A stretch of DNA of 63,995 nucleotides, counting the filler, from Catajapyx aquilonaris (lineage: Eukaryota), in the NCBI GenBank assembly GCA_000934665.2. It is 4 parts of 4 records of this genome, joined end to end, with 100 filler letters (N's around TTAATTAATTAA, not from the genome) between each part and the next. Parts side by side here need not be neighbours in the genome. Positions count along the whole stretch, not along the records: positions 1 to 15,987 come from JYFJ02007327.1; positions 16,088 to 32,062 come from KZ539670.1; 2 more parts are not named here. The stretch is one strand, 5' to 3'. The position numbers were made by a program, and so were the translations under genes. The notes below the pieces were generated by a model. The model did not search any database. It worked only from the letters and a program-made list of their open reading frames with translations, and was not told the DNA's origin. This document shows positions 12,797-25,959 of the stretch, in pieces. Position 1 is the stretch's first letter; every line of letters starts with the position of its first letter.

Positions 12797-14008
12797 TCAT
12801 TGCAAGTTGGAGGCCTGCTCAGTTAGTTGGGAGATTCCTTCCGGGAGGGGCATTATTGGATGACCTAAATTTAGACCAGAACTACATTGTCTCGGATTTA
12901 GCGGTGCTTGCTGGGTTCGCGGTCGTGCTACTAGAGGGACCTCAGCTAGCCTTCCATTTGACCAAGTATGCGGTTTATTGTTTATAATGAGTCGATCTTT
13001 TGTTAGTTTTGACTGGATCCCTTGGGCCATTAGCTGTTTCCGCTCCCTTATCAGCTCTCTCCTAGTCGCACGTGTCTCCATTGAGTAATCGTGGGAGATC
13101 GATATCGCCGTGTCTTTAAGTTTGTATGCGTTCTGGAATATCAAGTTCCTATCAGAAGTATACGGGATCTTTGCAATTAGTGGTCCATTAGCCCTTTTCC
13201 CCAGGAGGTGGGCCCTGTCAATTATTAGGTTCTCGAGGTTCAACTTTTCTTTGAGGAATTCTGTTATGATTTTTGGGCAGTGGTGGGAAAGGGTATCAGG
13301 GGGGTATTGGATCCCATGGAATATCACATTTTGCTCCCTACTCCTGTCTTCTAAATCAATCACTTTCTTTTTTAGGTCGTCTATCGCCTCCCCTTGCGAA
13401 CGGATTATTGCATGCAAATTATCAATTTGTCTCTGGGCTGTCTTTATTTCGGAATTATTTTCCGAAACCAATTTAAGGAGGTTTCCTAGTTTAGAAGAGA
13501 CGTCTTGCATGAATGCTTGGAGGGAAATATCCTCCGAAGAGGCTGATAACCTGGGCTCGTCAGCTTTCTTCCTCTTTGGGGTTCTTACCGGGTCGTCCAC
13601 TTGGGTCAGCTTAGAATGTTGGTCATCAAGTTTCGCCGCCGAGGCCGTAGCCTGGGGAGAATGGGTGAACGGGCCAGGATTTAACTCTACATTTGACCTT
13701 GCCAGGAGCATCTGGATGATTATATGTGGGAGGGGCATCGTATTAAATGACTTTGCCACCGATGCCACATATGATGGGAACCACCTCCCAACACTTTGCA
13801 CCATTTCACTTTTCCGCACTGGAGCACTCGCACTATGAAGCCTGGACACCGACATCGAGTGATCAGAAAGAGGTCCGTTGGGAACGAACACAGTAGCATC
13901 AAGATGACTAATCCAATGGGGCCCAATTGTGCCGACATGTTGCCTGGGATGTGCTTCCTCCGTGAGGGCCTCCCTGACCTCTGACCTCCCGTGAGGGATA
14001 TCCGCCAT
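12797..14008 (-). CDS. LINE ORF1 protein: 2A-like motif, coiled coil, L1-ORF1p-like RRM/CTD
   Basis: Contains LLARSNVELNPGP, a heptad region, and DLEDRSREQNVIFHGI...IDRAHLLG...ISISHDYSMETRATR characteristic of L1-type ORF1p. The true start Met is uncertain. Confidence 0.85.
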   Translation of the reverse strand: MADIPHGRSEVREALTEEAHPRQHVGTIGPHWISHLDATVFVPNGPLSDHSMSVSRLHSASAPVRKSEMVQSVGRWFPSYVASVAKSFNTMPLPHIIIQMLLARSNVELNPGPFTHSPQATASAAKLDDQHSKLTQVDDPVRTPKRKKADEPRLSASSEDISLQAFMQDVSSKLGNLLKLVSENNSEIKTAQRQIDNLHAIIRSQGEAIDDLKKKVIDLEDRSREQNVIFHGIQYPPDTLSHHCPKIITEFLKEKLNLENLIIDRAHLLGKRANGPLIAKIPYTSDRNLIFQNAYKLKDTAISISHDYSMETRATRRELIRERKQLMAQGIQSKLTKDRLIINNKPHTWSNGRLAEVPLVARPRTQQAPLNPRQCSSGLNLGHPIMPLPEGISQLTEQASNLQ

Positions 14009-15591
14009 TGTTGGATTCCAATCATGTCGAGCTCGCCACAGGGTAAATAGGTGAATTAAGTATGAGCCGTATTAGGGCCGTCGCCCCAATTATCTACGGG
14101 ACTTACTGGTTTACGCCTCTTTTGCGCGCCGGGCCACCAAGGTCGTCCCCTATCGTCCTTGTATATACCCGGCGCGTGAGTGAGGGGAGGAGGCCGTTGA
14201 CAGAGCTGTTGGTATCAGGTCCTGCTGCTAGCGAGTCTAGAGTGGAAGTGCTGTCTGCCATATTGGATCAACCATTTTGATTTTTGAATTTCTGACATCG
14301 GATCTGAAATCAGCGCCATTGAAAACCATTAAATAAAAATTTCCGCATTATTGGGCGTGTATTTGCTTATTATCTGAGCCGAGATCGGAGGGAGCACGCT
14401 CGGCGGCAGGAAAATGGCTTGGTTCGTTACCGTCCAAATAAATACATGGAGGTATGGAATTGGGCTGAATCTTGGGACACTGATGTATTACGCGACTCCC
14501 ACAGAGGTTTCCAAGTTTGACGCTCCAAATCATTGGCATAAGGTGTGTACAGGAATTTTTTGTAATTTTTGGTAACGAACCAAAGCTTTCGGATGACTCT
14601 GGTTAGTTACTGAAACTGAAGCACACAGAGATCACCCTCCGACAATTTAAGCACACCAATCGAAAGAGGACATCAAGCTGCATCCAACGGACACACTTGA
14701 GAAGTGATCGAATGAATGGCAATGCTTACAGAGGCGCCAAAAGCCGCGCGTGTCCCTAGACACCAAAAGGCCTTCGGCGCGCACAGTTGAACGTATGAGC
14801 AGCTGGTGCCAAAGAACAGCAACACTGGTCAATTTTAAGGTTGGCATTGTTTAGTAGAGATGTTGAGCATCCGATTGGTGTGATCAAATGCGGTATTCAA
14901 CGAAAAAAATAATCGTCGCTTCATGTCCGCTCTATCGCAAAAATGCCGATATTGTATTGTCTGCTGGAACCATAATATAAATGTGTGATTGGACAGTGAA
15001 CTTGTATTCTCGAACTCACTTATCCACTTCACCTGAAACAGACATCTTACATCTACACACCCAATATTTTCCTGAATGGTGGAGGTACTCATTGGTAATA
15101 TAATACTACTGAGCAATTCCATATGTTACACCCCACACATCGCACACAATTTTTGAACTTTGACGCAAGATTTAAATGGGAAAACGGGGGTTTCAAGTCA
15201 TGACTTTCACAGGGCATTTAGTAGACAAGTGCAGCTGTCGAGTTGTGAAGGTTCAATGAAATATAAAAATTTGTTAAGGTTTTGTAGCCCTGTAAACTTC
15301 CGTTACACCCCATAACGCGAAATGTACAGCAGGAAAAGTGACCTGTGAGTTCATTTCAATTCCTGTGATTGGTGTGAGTAAAATGAGCTGTGATTTTCAC
15401 AGNTTTGGAAATGGAGAACCGCACAAAATACCACGTACGAGTACACTTCAACATCTAGAACAAGTTTATTCATCTATATACAATACATTGAAATGCACAA
15501 AAAGTCTACCATCCCCGCCGCATGTTGCCAACGGCCATCACTTGCGGCGGTGACGCTGACGCTTGGGTCCCCACAGTGTTTTTGACACACT

Positions 15592-15987
15592 GTGTAGCCT
15601 ACTATTAGAGTGGGGACATGTGTAAATTAGTGGGGACATGTCCCCACTATTTTCAGTTGTAGGGTTTCACAAAAGTCCATATCTCTCAGTCTAGGTTCGT
15701 TAGGGTAGGGTAGGTTAGGTAGGATTGGTTAGGTTAGGTTTGGTTAGGTTAGGTTACACTCGCTTACAAAGCGGTCAATGTCCGTTCACACGCCTTAGTG
15801 AAGACAAGGCTGTGTGTGTGTGTGTGTGTGTGTGTGTGATCAGGTCTTGACTAAGGTGTGGGGACGGAAGTCTGTGGTTTTACTGTAGCCGTGGGGACCA
15901 GTTCCAATTGTGGGGACATTTGTCGGTCCCCACAGTCTCACACACGCGAAGTGTACCATTACAGTGGGGACATGTGTAAATTAGTGG
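15592..15987. repeat. Non-autonomous element with degenerate (TTAGG)n and (TG)n arrays, truncated at the contig end (Helitron/Helentron-like?)
   Basis: Repeated AGTGGGGACATGTGTAAATTAGTGG (~15608, ~15963), GTGGGGAC/GTCCCCAC inverted motifs, GGTTA array ~15693-15756, TG array 15811-15838. Confidence 0.45.
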
Positions 15988-16087
15988 NNNNNNNNNNNNN
16001 NNNNNNNNNNNNNNNNNNNNNNNNNNNNNNNTTAATTAATTAANNNNNNNNNNNNNNNNNNNNNNNNNNNNNNNNNNNNNNNNNNNN
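15988..16087. other. Artificial contig spacer
   Basis: 100 nt of N with central TTAATTAATTAA (stops in all six frames). Confidence 0.95.
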
Positions 16088-17127
16088 GTAGTCGATGGTT
16101 AACGAGCGAGGTCAAAGTTATCCTGGCCAGACTGTAACCCGCATGGCGGGACAATACTTGATTCACTGATGATACAAGAGCCATGGCCATCACTAACTTG
16201 ACACCTGGCCATCACTATCGGGATAGGTGGCAATTACTGTCTTTTAGGTAGTATATTTTGTGCATTTAAATATACACATTATGTTACAGATTTGAGTGAA
16301 TTTCATGCAATATAAAGGTAGACAATAACCTCAGTTATTTAAATAATATTTTAGAACATCTACGTGGAAAAAAGGTGAGGATATTCATGTATTACTGAGA
16401 CCAATACACTAAACTGGCCATCACTGTATGGTTTACATACTTTGATTATTTTGAATATACCGTTTCTTTGATTTCGGCCTTCATTCTATTGAGTCATTGC
16501 ACTGTTAGGCCTATTAATGGAGAGCAAAATGTATCGATTCAAGTTTCGAAATATATTTTTCCATTACAACAAAAGCTGATAAGTGTATATACATTCATTG
16601 CTCTTTCCATTGAAAATTTTAAATGCCTGGAATAAAGCTGTGCACATGTGCAATGAACGCAAGCAAAGTGGCTTTTTTCTGATAAGTTCAATGGTGGTCT
16701 CTTTTATTTACATTTAATTGCAAGTGCAGAGCCAGTTTAGTATTAAAACTATTTCTATGGAGAGATCCTATATCTCTATTTTGTCTTTTAATCTTTCACA
16801 CCGCATCGTATGTCAGAATTGGTCAAGCAATAAAAGGCCTGAAACTTGTTCAATTATTCAATATCCTCAGAAAATGTTTTGTAAATCTTTTCCCATCCCC
16901 TTATCAACGCAAATATTTTGTTATAGATTCGTCAAAAGAAACGCCGAAATACACTTAAATATACAGTATTTCAATGCAATCATTTTGCCAAAACAGGAAT
17001 ATTACGCATAAGTGTGAAAATACTTTCCCGTACTGCACTCCTTGTCTCCTTCTGACCTCAATTACTTTTTCGTGACAATGAGTGATGAATTCCTGCCAGA
17101 TTAAATATATCAACTCTCTTGTATATA

Positions 17128-17527
17128 CAGTACCCTGCATTAATGGCCATGCACAGACATCGCCACCTGGCGGGATTGAGCGGAACTAGGCGTCGGTGGG
17201 CTGTGTCCAAAATACTTTGATAACCAAGACTGCTCACGAGACCGCTCTAGACGGCTCAAGATATCGCGGTGGATTAACAGGCATTCACGTGGTACGTGTA
17301 ATAACTGGTTCACAACCTCAATACATTGATAGGAATCGCAATGGCCTTATAATTTATCCTACAGATACATCTGTGATCCGCTGTGATCCATCTTTGTAGC
17401 AAGCGTTTGAATCAACCGCGATATCTTGAGCTGTCCAAGTATTTTGGACGCAGCCCACCGACGCCTAATTCCGCTCGTTCTTGGACAGGTGGCGATGTCT
17501 GTGCATGGCCATTACTGCAGGGTACTG
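17128..17527. mobile_element. Tc1/mariner/pogo-type MITE
   Basis: ~85-bp TIRs CAGTACCCTGCA..ATGGCCATGCACAGACATCGCCACCT, flanked by TA. Confidence 0.82.
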
Positions 17528-19024
17528 TACCAGCAATACTCTTATGGACATGCTAGACAAAGTATTCCATAACAACAACAAACTTCTAGGTTGAACTCCA
17601 ATGGCCCAGAGGGTAGCATTATGTATAAGTGTCATTTGATCTCCGCAGGTCCATTACCGAGATAATGGACTGTTTACCATGAAGTTGAGCATACCTGTAA
17701 GGTTTGCATCCTACCACACACGGGACTTGTCTGAAGCTATGCGTTCCTTGCCGGTTTCTGGTGCACGTGATGCAATCCTCAGGCATTTACACTGCATGGT
17801 CCATTATTTTGTGGAATTGTAAAATCACCCATGGTCGACAGAGTAGTGAAACATAAAAACTGAATCACTGCTAATAACACAAAAATTATCACTGTCTTGT
17901 CTCCGGAGCGCTGAGCACTGCTCAACATATTAAGACTTAATGTAATTTGTAAGACGCTGTGGGCTAGATAAGACTGTCAAATGCATACCACAGCTGATAC
18001 GCAAACCAAAAGCACTAACTTGTATGCCATGATCAAGAGGTCAGTGAGTCGGCTAATCAGTTGCGTTGCTTTTGCAGTCGGCTGCAAACCTTATAGGATA
18101 TACTACACTACATATTCAAAGCCATTGAGGCTGCGGAAACTCACCTACGGTACATAATGGAACCTCTCGTTCACAGGATTTCACTTTAGAAGTTTGTCAT
18201 TATTACAAAACACCCTGTATATCCACCATCCCTGCAGCACATAGATGTAACAACGAATATTTTCACGCGATCTAATTACAAATACTTCTAAAAATAGGAC
18301 CTTATCATGCCAAACATTTTTAGCTAAGATTAAAGAGATGGAACATTGCAGAGCTAATTTAATGAAATACCTCCCCTCCATCCCCCACCTAAATTAAGCC
18401 CTTGGGATAAATGCCGGGATGAAAGAGGCGCGCGACACAAAGGATGCAATGGATCCCCAGTAATAAAAGGTCGACAACTTCTGCTACTCGTACACATGAC
18501 AATAAGTACACTACCTATACGCACGATAAACATATGTCATGAGTGTAAGAATATTAGTAAATCGAATAAAGAGGTACACGCCATTCTTATAGTTGGATAG
18601 TTTGGAAGTTGCCATTTTTGGTAACGTTTACAATATATCTGGACTCTATATAACAGAAAAAAGCAAGAAGTGCATTGCAGAGTACATGTTACTCTGGGAT
18701 TGATTTCGGAGTAGATATTGGTTGGGATTTGTTATTGGCTTCGTTGCAAGAGTTAGGTCATGGCCCTTCTGCGCTTACCAAAAAACGGAGAGAAAGTGGT
18801 TGGTCGTCAGGGTACATTTTTTTGTGATATAAAGTTAAATTTTCTTGAGATGTTTAAAAAAATACTGTTATGATGATGCTTTTGGTGTGTTATTGAAATT
18901 ATTGTGTAGAAGTGTTGAGATGTGTTCAAATTTATTTATTTTGATCTGATGTCTTTTTTTCATGTGTTGAAATGTGTTTGGTCGGCAAAGTGGCAGTTGC
19001 TACAGACCGACCAAATAAAATAGA

Positions 19025-19090
<66 letters not shown>
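19025..19090. repeat. (GAT)n microsatellite
   Basis: Direct reading. Confidence 0.95.
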
Positions 19091-19091
<1 letters not shown>

Positions 19092-19185
19092 CTGTCATGG
19101 CCCTATAAGCTATATGCATTCGATGAAGTTACGTTGATTGACACGCACGGTACATATTTGATGCTGGCAATAATAGCTTACTATA

Positions 19186-20000
19186 CAGAGTGAAGGGAAA
19201 CTCGCGTACAATCGCCAGGTAAACTTATAGTACTCGCAAAACTCATTAGGGATGTGCAATTAGTTTTTGGCTCCGTTGCACAGTTAATGCGTACGGCGCC
19301 GTCAAAGTTTCGTGACGTCACATCCGTTCCCCCAGCTTCTAAGAAGCAAAAGTCAGCACGAGGGCCTCCGGTCCCTTACCTTGATCCCCTAACACATCGT
19401 CCATGGGCAATAGGTGATCACATCCCGTCAGAGGAAGAATTCGGGTACGACACACGTGGACTTGGTCATTTTTGCCGCGTATTTTGCAATCCTACACATT
19501 AAAGGCGCCCTACGCATTAACTATGCAACGGGGGAAGGTGCGGTGTTCGAGATGGTAACGTGTCGGCTTGCTGAGTGAAAGGTCCCAGGTTCGATCCCCG
19601 CCTGGGAGCTACCTTTCGCCTGCGTCGGGAGGGTCTCTGACCTGCACCTTGGAGGTGTCTGGCAAGTGGCAACCTAACCTCCAGGGGAACAGCACATGGC
19701 CCAACGATTGACATTGCACTTGCACCCATGTTCCCTCCCCAACAATCCCTATCCTTCCCCAGTGTCCCTGTTTCCTTGCACCTGAGAAAGAAGCTGGAAA
19801 ATATAGAAAACTGATGGTGGTGTGCCACCCCCCTATAGATCCCGTAAGGGACATCACGGGGTAAACAAAACAAAAACACACACAAAAAAGCATTAACTAT
19901 GCAACGGAGCCAAAAACTAATTTCACATCCCGATATTAGTTTTGCGAGTACTACTGTATAAGTTTACCTGGCGATTGTACGCGGGTTTCCCTTCACCCTG
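19186..20000. mobile_element. Tc1/mariner-type MITE with a SINE inserted in its right TIR
   Basis: ~105-bp TIRs CAGAGTGAAGGGAAACTCGCGTACAATCGCCAGG and CCTGGCGATTGTACGCGGGTTTCCCTTCACCCTG, with TA flanks. Confidence 0.82.
19532..19889 (+). mobile_element. tRNA-derived SINE (family B)
   Basis: B box GGTTCGATCCC and an A/AC-rich tail. 18-bp TSD GCATTAACTATGCAACGG at 19514-19531 and 19890-19907. Confidence 0.85.
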
Positions 20001-20544
20001 TATACTCGCCTTTCACACACAAAAGTCCGCCTGGGCATATTTTGTTCCCGACAACAGTGTTTTCTTCTGCTTGAGAAGGCCTACAGCAAATCTGAGCAGT
20101 TATGTATTTTTCAGAACAATATTCCTGACGTGCTGGAGAAATTCCGCATAAAATTATTTATCTATCAGAGAATTAGTGTCCAGTTCAGTTGAAACAATTA
20201 TGTCAATTTGAGTGGGAAGTGCATATACCAATAATACAGTGCTATTAAATTTTATATCTATATATCTCTATATATACCCTGCCACAATGCACCACTAAAA
20301 ACAGAAGACGCTTCTATTGTGTGTTTGGAGGCAGAAATTACAGATGTCTCACTGTTTCGGATGTTTTGTTATTGTCAATTTTTTGCGATTTTTAAAAGAT
20401 TTTTATTTTTAAGGACATTTTGAAAATGTTGTTAATGTGAAACTTTGTAAGACGGGGGCCTACCTGTATAGTGTATATTCTCACTATAGTCTCCTAGTTT
20501 AAAAAAATAAACGCCGGATATTCACATCCATATAGTCTTCAATA

Positions 20545-21133
20545 CAGTAAAACTTCTATAAGTTGAATAAGTCGAAGTTCTATAAGTCGAAGAAAATGAT
20601 GAGCTTGGTTGATCACAATGTAAAATAATAGGAAATAAACTTCCCTAACTCGAATTTCTGTAACTCGAAGTTCTCCATAACTCGAAGTGCAGGCAGGGCC
20701 TTACGATGGGATATCGATGCATTTTCAGTCTCCCCAAGTCGAAGTTCATGTTGGCGAGTACGGAAAATTTTCTCATTTCCCAGCCGAAGGGTCCAGAGTA
20801 GGCCACATGCACAGAAAGGCTCAATTTCCTGATCTCCGTCTACCATCCAGAGTTCCAGACGCACGGAAAGAAGTGTTTGACTCGATGGTGACAATTATTG
20901 AATCCTTGGGTAGGCAAATGTCCATAACGGAAATTTTTTACAACAAAACAACGAGGAACATTGTAAGTGTGAGAGTGACAGTTATTTTTAAGTTTTGAAC
21001 ACCTTCCGTTTCTGGATATAAAGGTAGGCTTCCTTATAGAGTTTTAAAAATCTAAACTTCTCTAACTCGAATTTTCTATAACTCGAAGTTTTTTCCTGGT
21101 CCCATGGAGATTCGACTTATAGAAGTTTTACTG
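20545..21133. mobile_element. pogo/Tigger-like MITE (second copy at 43371-43970)
   Basis: TIR CAGTAAAACTTCTATAAGT, subterminal TAACTCGAA repeats, and high similarity to the second copy. Confidence 0.85.
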
Positions 21134-24100
21134 CATTTCTATTTCCCCCAGATAATAATGCACAGATGGCTCTGACGAGAGGGCAACAATAATCCCTTTG
21201 TAAGAGGAACGAATCATAAATGCACAATATTCCCTCAGGTATACAAAGTACAAGCAGTTGCTTAGAATACCCCCGCGTGCACCATACTTGCCATTTTTAC
21301 GTACTGTACATTAAAAATTAAAAATCCCATTTTTATTGAAATATACTACCAAATAACGTCACTTCTATATGTCAATAATGCTTAAATATTAAACTGTGTT
21401 TCATATTTAAGCTTACAACCGCGTAAGTTGAAATGTTTACTTCTGTATTCAATCAGACGAACCGAAAGCCCAACAGGACTAGTGGGCATACGCCACATTT
21501 CTACATAATGTATGCTTAATTCTGAAACACATGGTGTTTGTTGCTCAAATAGGCCCGTTTGATAATATGGCAAATGCACCCCTTTATCCTGTAAAAAGAA
21601 GAAACCGGGCAGAAAGCTTCCGTTAGTGCATGTGTCACATCCAGTTCTATTCCCTACGCATCGACAACCTTGTCGTATAGTCGATAAAAAGGCGACTATG
21701 TTGAGTTTGGGTGAATGTGAGACAGGCCGAATTTCCGGTTTGATGCAGTAAAAATGTATTTGAGTGTATCCCTAGCTAAAAGCCAGTGTGCAGGATCTAT
21801 GAGTGCTTCAATCTGCTCATATCATATAATTTTGTTGTCGTTCGTTGCTCATTTATTTTCCGCCATTCACCTCGTTGCGTTGACCTAAGTGTTCTTAAAC
21901 TTCTTATACCATCTTCAGAGTCAAGAAAAGGCAACATGTTTATAGCATATTGAAGGTTAATAGAAGTAACAGCGTTATACCGGCTTTCAGACAGTCCTTT
22001 ATAATATTGTAACATGGGCCTACACGCCTACTAATAAATTCCCGTAAATTATTTTAAAATATATTTTACTTGAGACATGGTGGATGACTTTACAAAGCAG
22101 TCTCAACCAAAATCGTGCAACATTTAATATCTATGCTTGCAACAAAAAGTGCACTCGAAACTGGAGATTAGAATTGGGAAATCCGTGCAGTAGAGGCCTA
22201 TTGAAACAGTACCTCAACAACCAATGCGTGACGCTCCTTAGCGAATCAAGGGTGGAGAGAAATAGCATCAGAGCATGGTACATCAGGAATAATGTATTAC
22301 AGGCAAATGCCCGGTGGCCCTCTTAGCTTATACTGTACCACTGACTCCCAGGGGTTTCCGGTACGTCAATACTGCAGACCCCATCAGGCTGTGGCCCTTA
22401 CCTGTAGGGTCCTCGCCAACGAGAGGCCTGGCCCACTAACTCGGGTTACCCACATGCGCTTAAAACATTGCGCTGCGACACATCTCGGTATATAGGCCTA
22501 CAAGGGAATACAAAATTGTTCTACCAAAATGTTAAAGGTCTGTTTGTCAAGACGTAAATTTGAATGATTACACAAATTTATGCAAGGATACATCTGGCTC
22601 AGCACTACTTTTACTTTGCCAAACAGTGAATTATGTTGATATTGGTCATATGTTGCGATTTCTCATAGTGTGTGAGCAGTAGCATGACTTTTTCCGATTA
22701 TCTCACCTTTCCTTTCCTGATAATTTTAGAAGTTTCGCAAAATAACTGAAATTCCACTCTGGCTTGTAAGATGAATTCAAAATTATGGTCCAGAGTATTT
22801 TCCCTATACTAATTTTGCGCTTCGCCGTTCCCCATAACGCATCATCTTACTACCAGCGTTTCGTGTAAAATTCCAACCTATTTTCAGGCAGTATACTAAA
22901 AAATAAGCTGCTTCCGTTTAGGAACATTCTGAAACCCAACATTCATTTCACCACCTCTATTATGCAAACATACTGTGTTATAGGCATACCACGTAGCTCT
23001 GACATCATTTAAGTGCCTTTCTCATAGTATATGGCTACAAGAGTGCAGTTCTTCACAACAGAAGCAATAAGTATGCTCATAACCGAACAAGCACTAATGG
23101 TAATACCCAAATGAACACTCGCTTATTAAACTCGTTCATTACACGTTAGAAACGTGCCACGTAGCATCCACTTATTTAAAGTGACCAGACAATGCAAATT
23201 GAAATCCTCCAGATTAGAGCAATATTTCTCTCTTCAAATTGATGACAGGATACATTAATGCGACACAAGCGCAAGTAAGAAGTTATATCTCCGGTTTCCT
23301 CGCCGGTTGATTTCTCCCCGAGCACAAATTCTCTCTTTTGTGCACTTCCTCTGACTCCACTTGCAGATCGATCGCCCTCCGAATTTACTGTACATCATCA
23401 GCAGATGGAAGAGCCAAGGGAAATTGAGCGACAACTTTGAAAATGCATCATCTGGTTCCTAAAGTCAGGGTCTAATATGATGCAAAATGAAGGCACCGTA
23501 AGGAGAAAATAGTTCTCGGGACCATACCAGACTTCGATCAGCATGCGTTATACAGGAGCAATTCGCAACTGCTTCAAAGACCACAATTTTAGCATTGATG
23601 ACAGTCTTGACGAGGATTTTGAGTAGTAGGAACCAGGCTTAAAATTATGGCTGGAGTATTGGGACAAAATCTGTTGGTGGCAGGCCTACACACCGGTGTA
23701 TCGGAAAAACGTTAAAAATGCCAATACTTTCATCACTCTAATGCTGTATTAATATTTTTACGCATAATTTAAAGTTTGTGTTCCATTTTTGTAGGTGAAA
23801 TGCCACAATAGATTTTAACATATCGCGCATGGTTGGCGCGAATGTTTCATTTTCATTAGAAAAATCTAATCAAAGAAGCATGACATACTTGACTATCCTA
23901 ATGCAACCCGTCACTACGCCATAAAAAGCTGCCGGCAATGTGTACAAGTGTATTTTTTTTTACATAAAGCAAGGTGTAATAGACAAGGACTGTATACCAC
24001 TTTAACTAACAAAACCTAATTTTTCTCCTACGGGCCAATAGTAATTACCTGTGGAAGCAACCCCACTCTTGGCTCGTTAAAGTCAAGAGTAGCTCCACAA

Positions 24101-24833
24101 TGCACTATAAGCCCGCAGTTCTTTTATGTTCTAAGTTCAATGTTATTCAACGTTATTATTTTTTAAATATGATAAATTTAACTCGATAATCTGGTTGTAG
24201 GCCTATATATCGAATTCACTGAAAAATCAAAAGAAAAGTGCCTACCTTGCAACGAATTATGCACTCCACAATATGTTTTTTCCAGCTAGGCATTTTCTTC
24301 CTCTGAAATCCGTGTAAGCCTCATCTGGTCACGTCTCACCTACAACTGTCGCAATCCATATGACTGATTGCGTGTATTGGCCTTGAATCTATTGTACAGC
24401 CATGTGTCAGTCAAATGAAGAAAGGAGTCTAATAAGGCTTACTGCTGTTTATGATGAAAAATAACGTCGGGTAGAAAAGGAAAGGCTAGTGCGAGGAAAA
24501 ACTTAATGCACATGAGTGATGATCAGTGAAATATTGGAATGTCTGAAGTTGATTGATAGGTAATGCTGTGGAGCAAAAGAAACGAATGGTGAATGCCGCT
24601 ATATAAGTGGGTCATATTGCTACACAGAGACCGTCCAGGTGGAAAGTTATCTTAATAATAATAATTAGTGACTCTTATACAGTATACGACCTGATATCAT
24701 TTTCCTGGCAAGAGAAACATAAGAGTCCAATAAAACTGACTCACAATATTGCAAGTACAGTACTAGATATAGGCGCAGTAGCTTTTAATCCATTTTGAAA
24801 ATTCGAGCAGGAAATTTTAATAGCTCAGGTGAT

Positions 24834-25083
24834 CAGTGGCCGATCCGGTGGGGGGGGGGGGGNNNNNNNNNNNNNNNNNNNNNNNNNNNNNNNNNNNNNN
24901 NNNNNNNNNNNNNNNNNNNNNNNNNNNNNNNNGGGGGGGGGGGAACTCGCAAAAACCCTCTACAACCTGTTGTTCTTCTCCATTTTGCGGTCGCGACCCC
25001 AAAAGGGTTGTGACCTTGAACCCTCCTCCCCCCCCCCCAACCTACACCCTTGTGCCCCCCAGAAAAATCTGGATCAGCCACTG
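24834..25083. mobile_element. hAT-type MITE (contains an N gap in a G-run)
   Basis: TIRs CAGTGGCCGATCC and GGATCAGCCACTG. Perfect 8-bp TSD CAGGTGAT at 24826-24833 and 25084-25091. Confidence 0.85.
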
Positions 25084-25959
25084 CAGGTGATACTCATGAT
25101 ACGTCATAATAATGAGGCTTTTTACGGTATAACAAATGACGCTTTGAACTCTTCAAGTCATTTTGCAGAGGAATGTTTTAATTTTTTCGTTTCTACAAGC
25201 AGAGTCACGTCTTTTCTCGAGCAAACTTTAGAAGCTCATGTCACGTATACATATTAAGCATGTAAAGTTCGCTATAGGGAAAATGCAGTGGTTGTGCGAA
25301 CAAAACAGTGCATGCATAATCCATCCTTCCTTCAGTATGAAACTCTTGGTTTTCCTAAAGAATAATATTATATATTTTAAGGCCAATAAGTCCAGTGGAA
25401 ATAACATGACAAATATATCAGGCCCAAATGCACCTTTCATATATGATCGAGAACCGTCATTGTCATTGTGATTAATTGTTTGGTTCGTTGTGTCGTTATT
25501 AATACAAGGACCCTCAGTAGACGACATAGCTTCGGTGGCGCAATTTGTAGTTACCACGATATGAAATCTTCAACAGAATCTGCTTCTCTCTGTAAAAATT
25601 GTAACTATAATCGTATTCGTGCAATGCCGTACAGTCATGTCTTCCACAATGCTAGTTCATCGTCACATCTGCCTCTAACTCAAGACTATAATCCCACCAG
25701 TAGGCCTATTTAACGATTGTTATTCATTGTTGGAACCAATAAACAATAATAACATCCATTAAAGCCTGAGCACGTCCGTGAGTGATGCATCCCTACCAAA
25801 CTCTACATAATCATTCCATACAGCCCACCTCCCTGGCTTTACAGTTAACTCTCAGCCACTGTAGGTAGTTCTTTCGCCTGAAAAACGCGAGGCCAATGAT
25901 CGTTCTATCTCAATTAGGTCGACATTTGAAAGGACCCTAGCATAAAACACTTTACGCCC

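Larger units (their letters stand above)
9327..14248 (-). mobile_element. Full-length APE-type non-LTR retrotransposon (LINE; probably CR1/L2/Crack-like group), 4.9 kb
   Basis: Perfect 17-bp TSD TGCTGTCTGCCATATTG at 9310-9326 and 14249-14265. Contains a 5' UTR, ORF1, ORF2 and a 3' UTR with hairpin and AATAAA. Clade assignment is tentative. Confidence 0.92.

Noticed and set aside
13110..13838. 242-aa plus-strand ORF
   Set aside because: Antisense shadow of LINE ORF1 with no recognisable motifs.
15693..15756. True telomere
   Set aside because: Short, degenerate and internal to a repeat element.
18972..19193. Poly-Met ORF
   Set aside because: Translation of a (GAT)n microsatellite.
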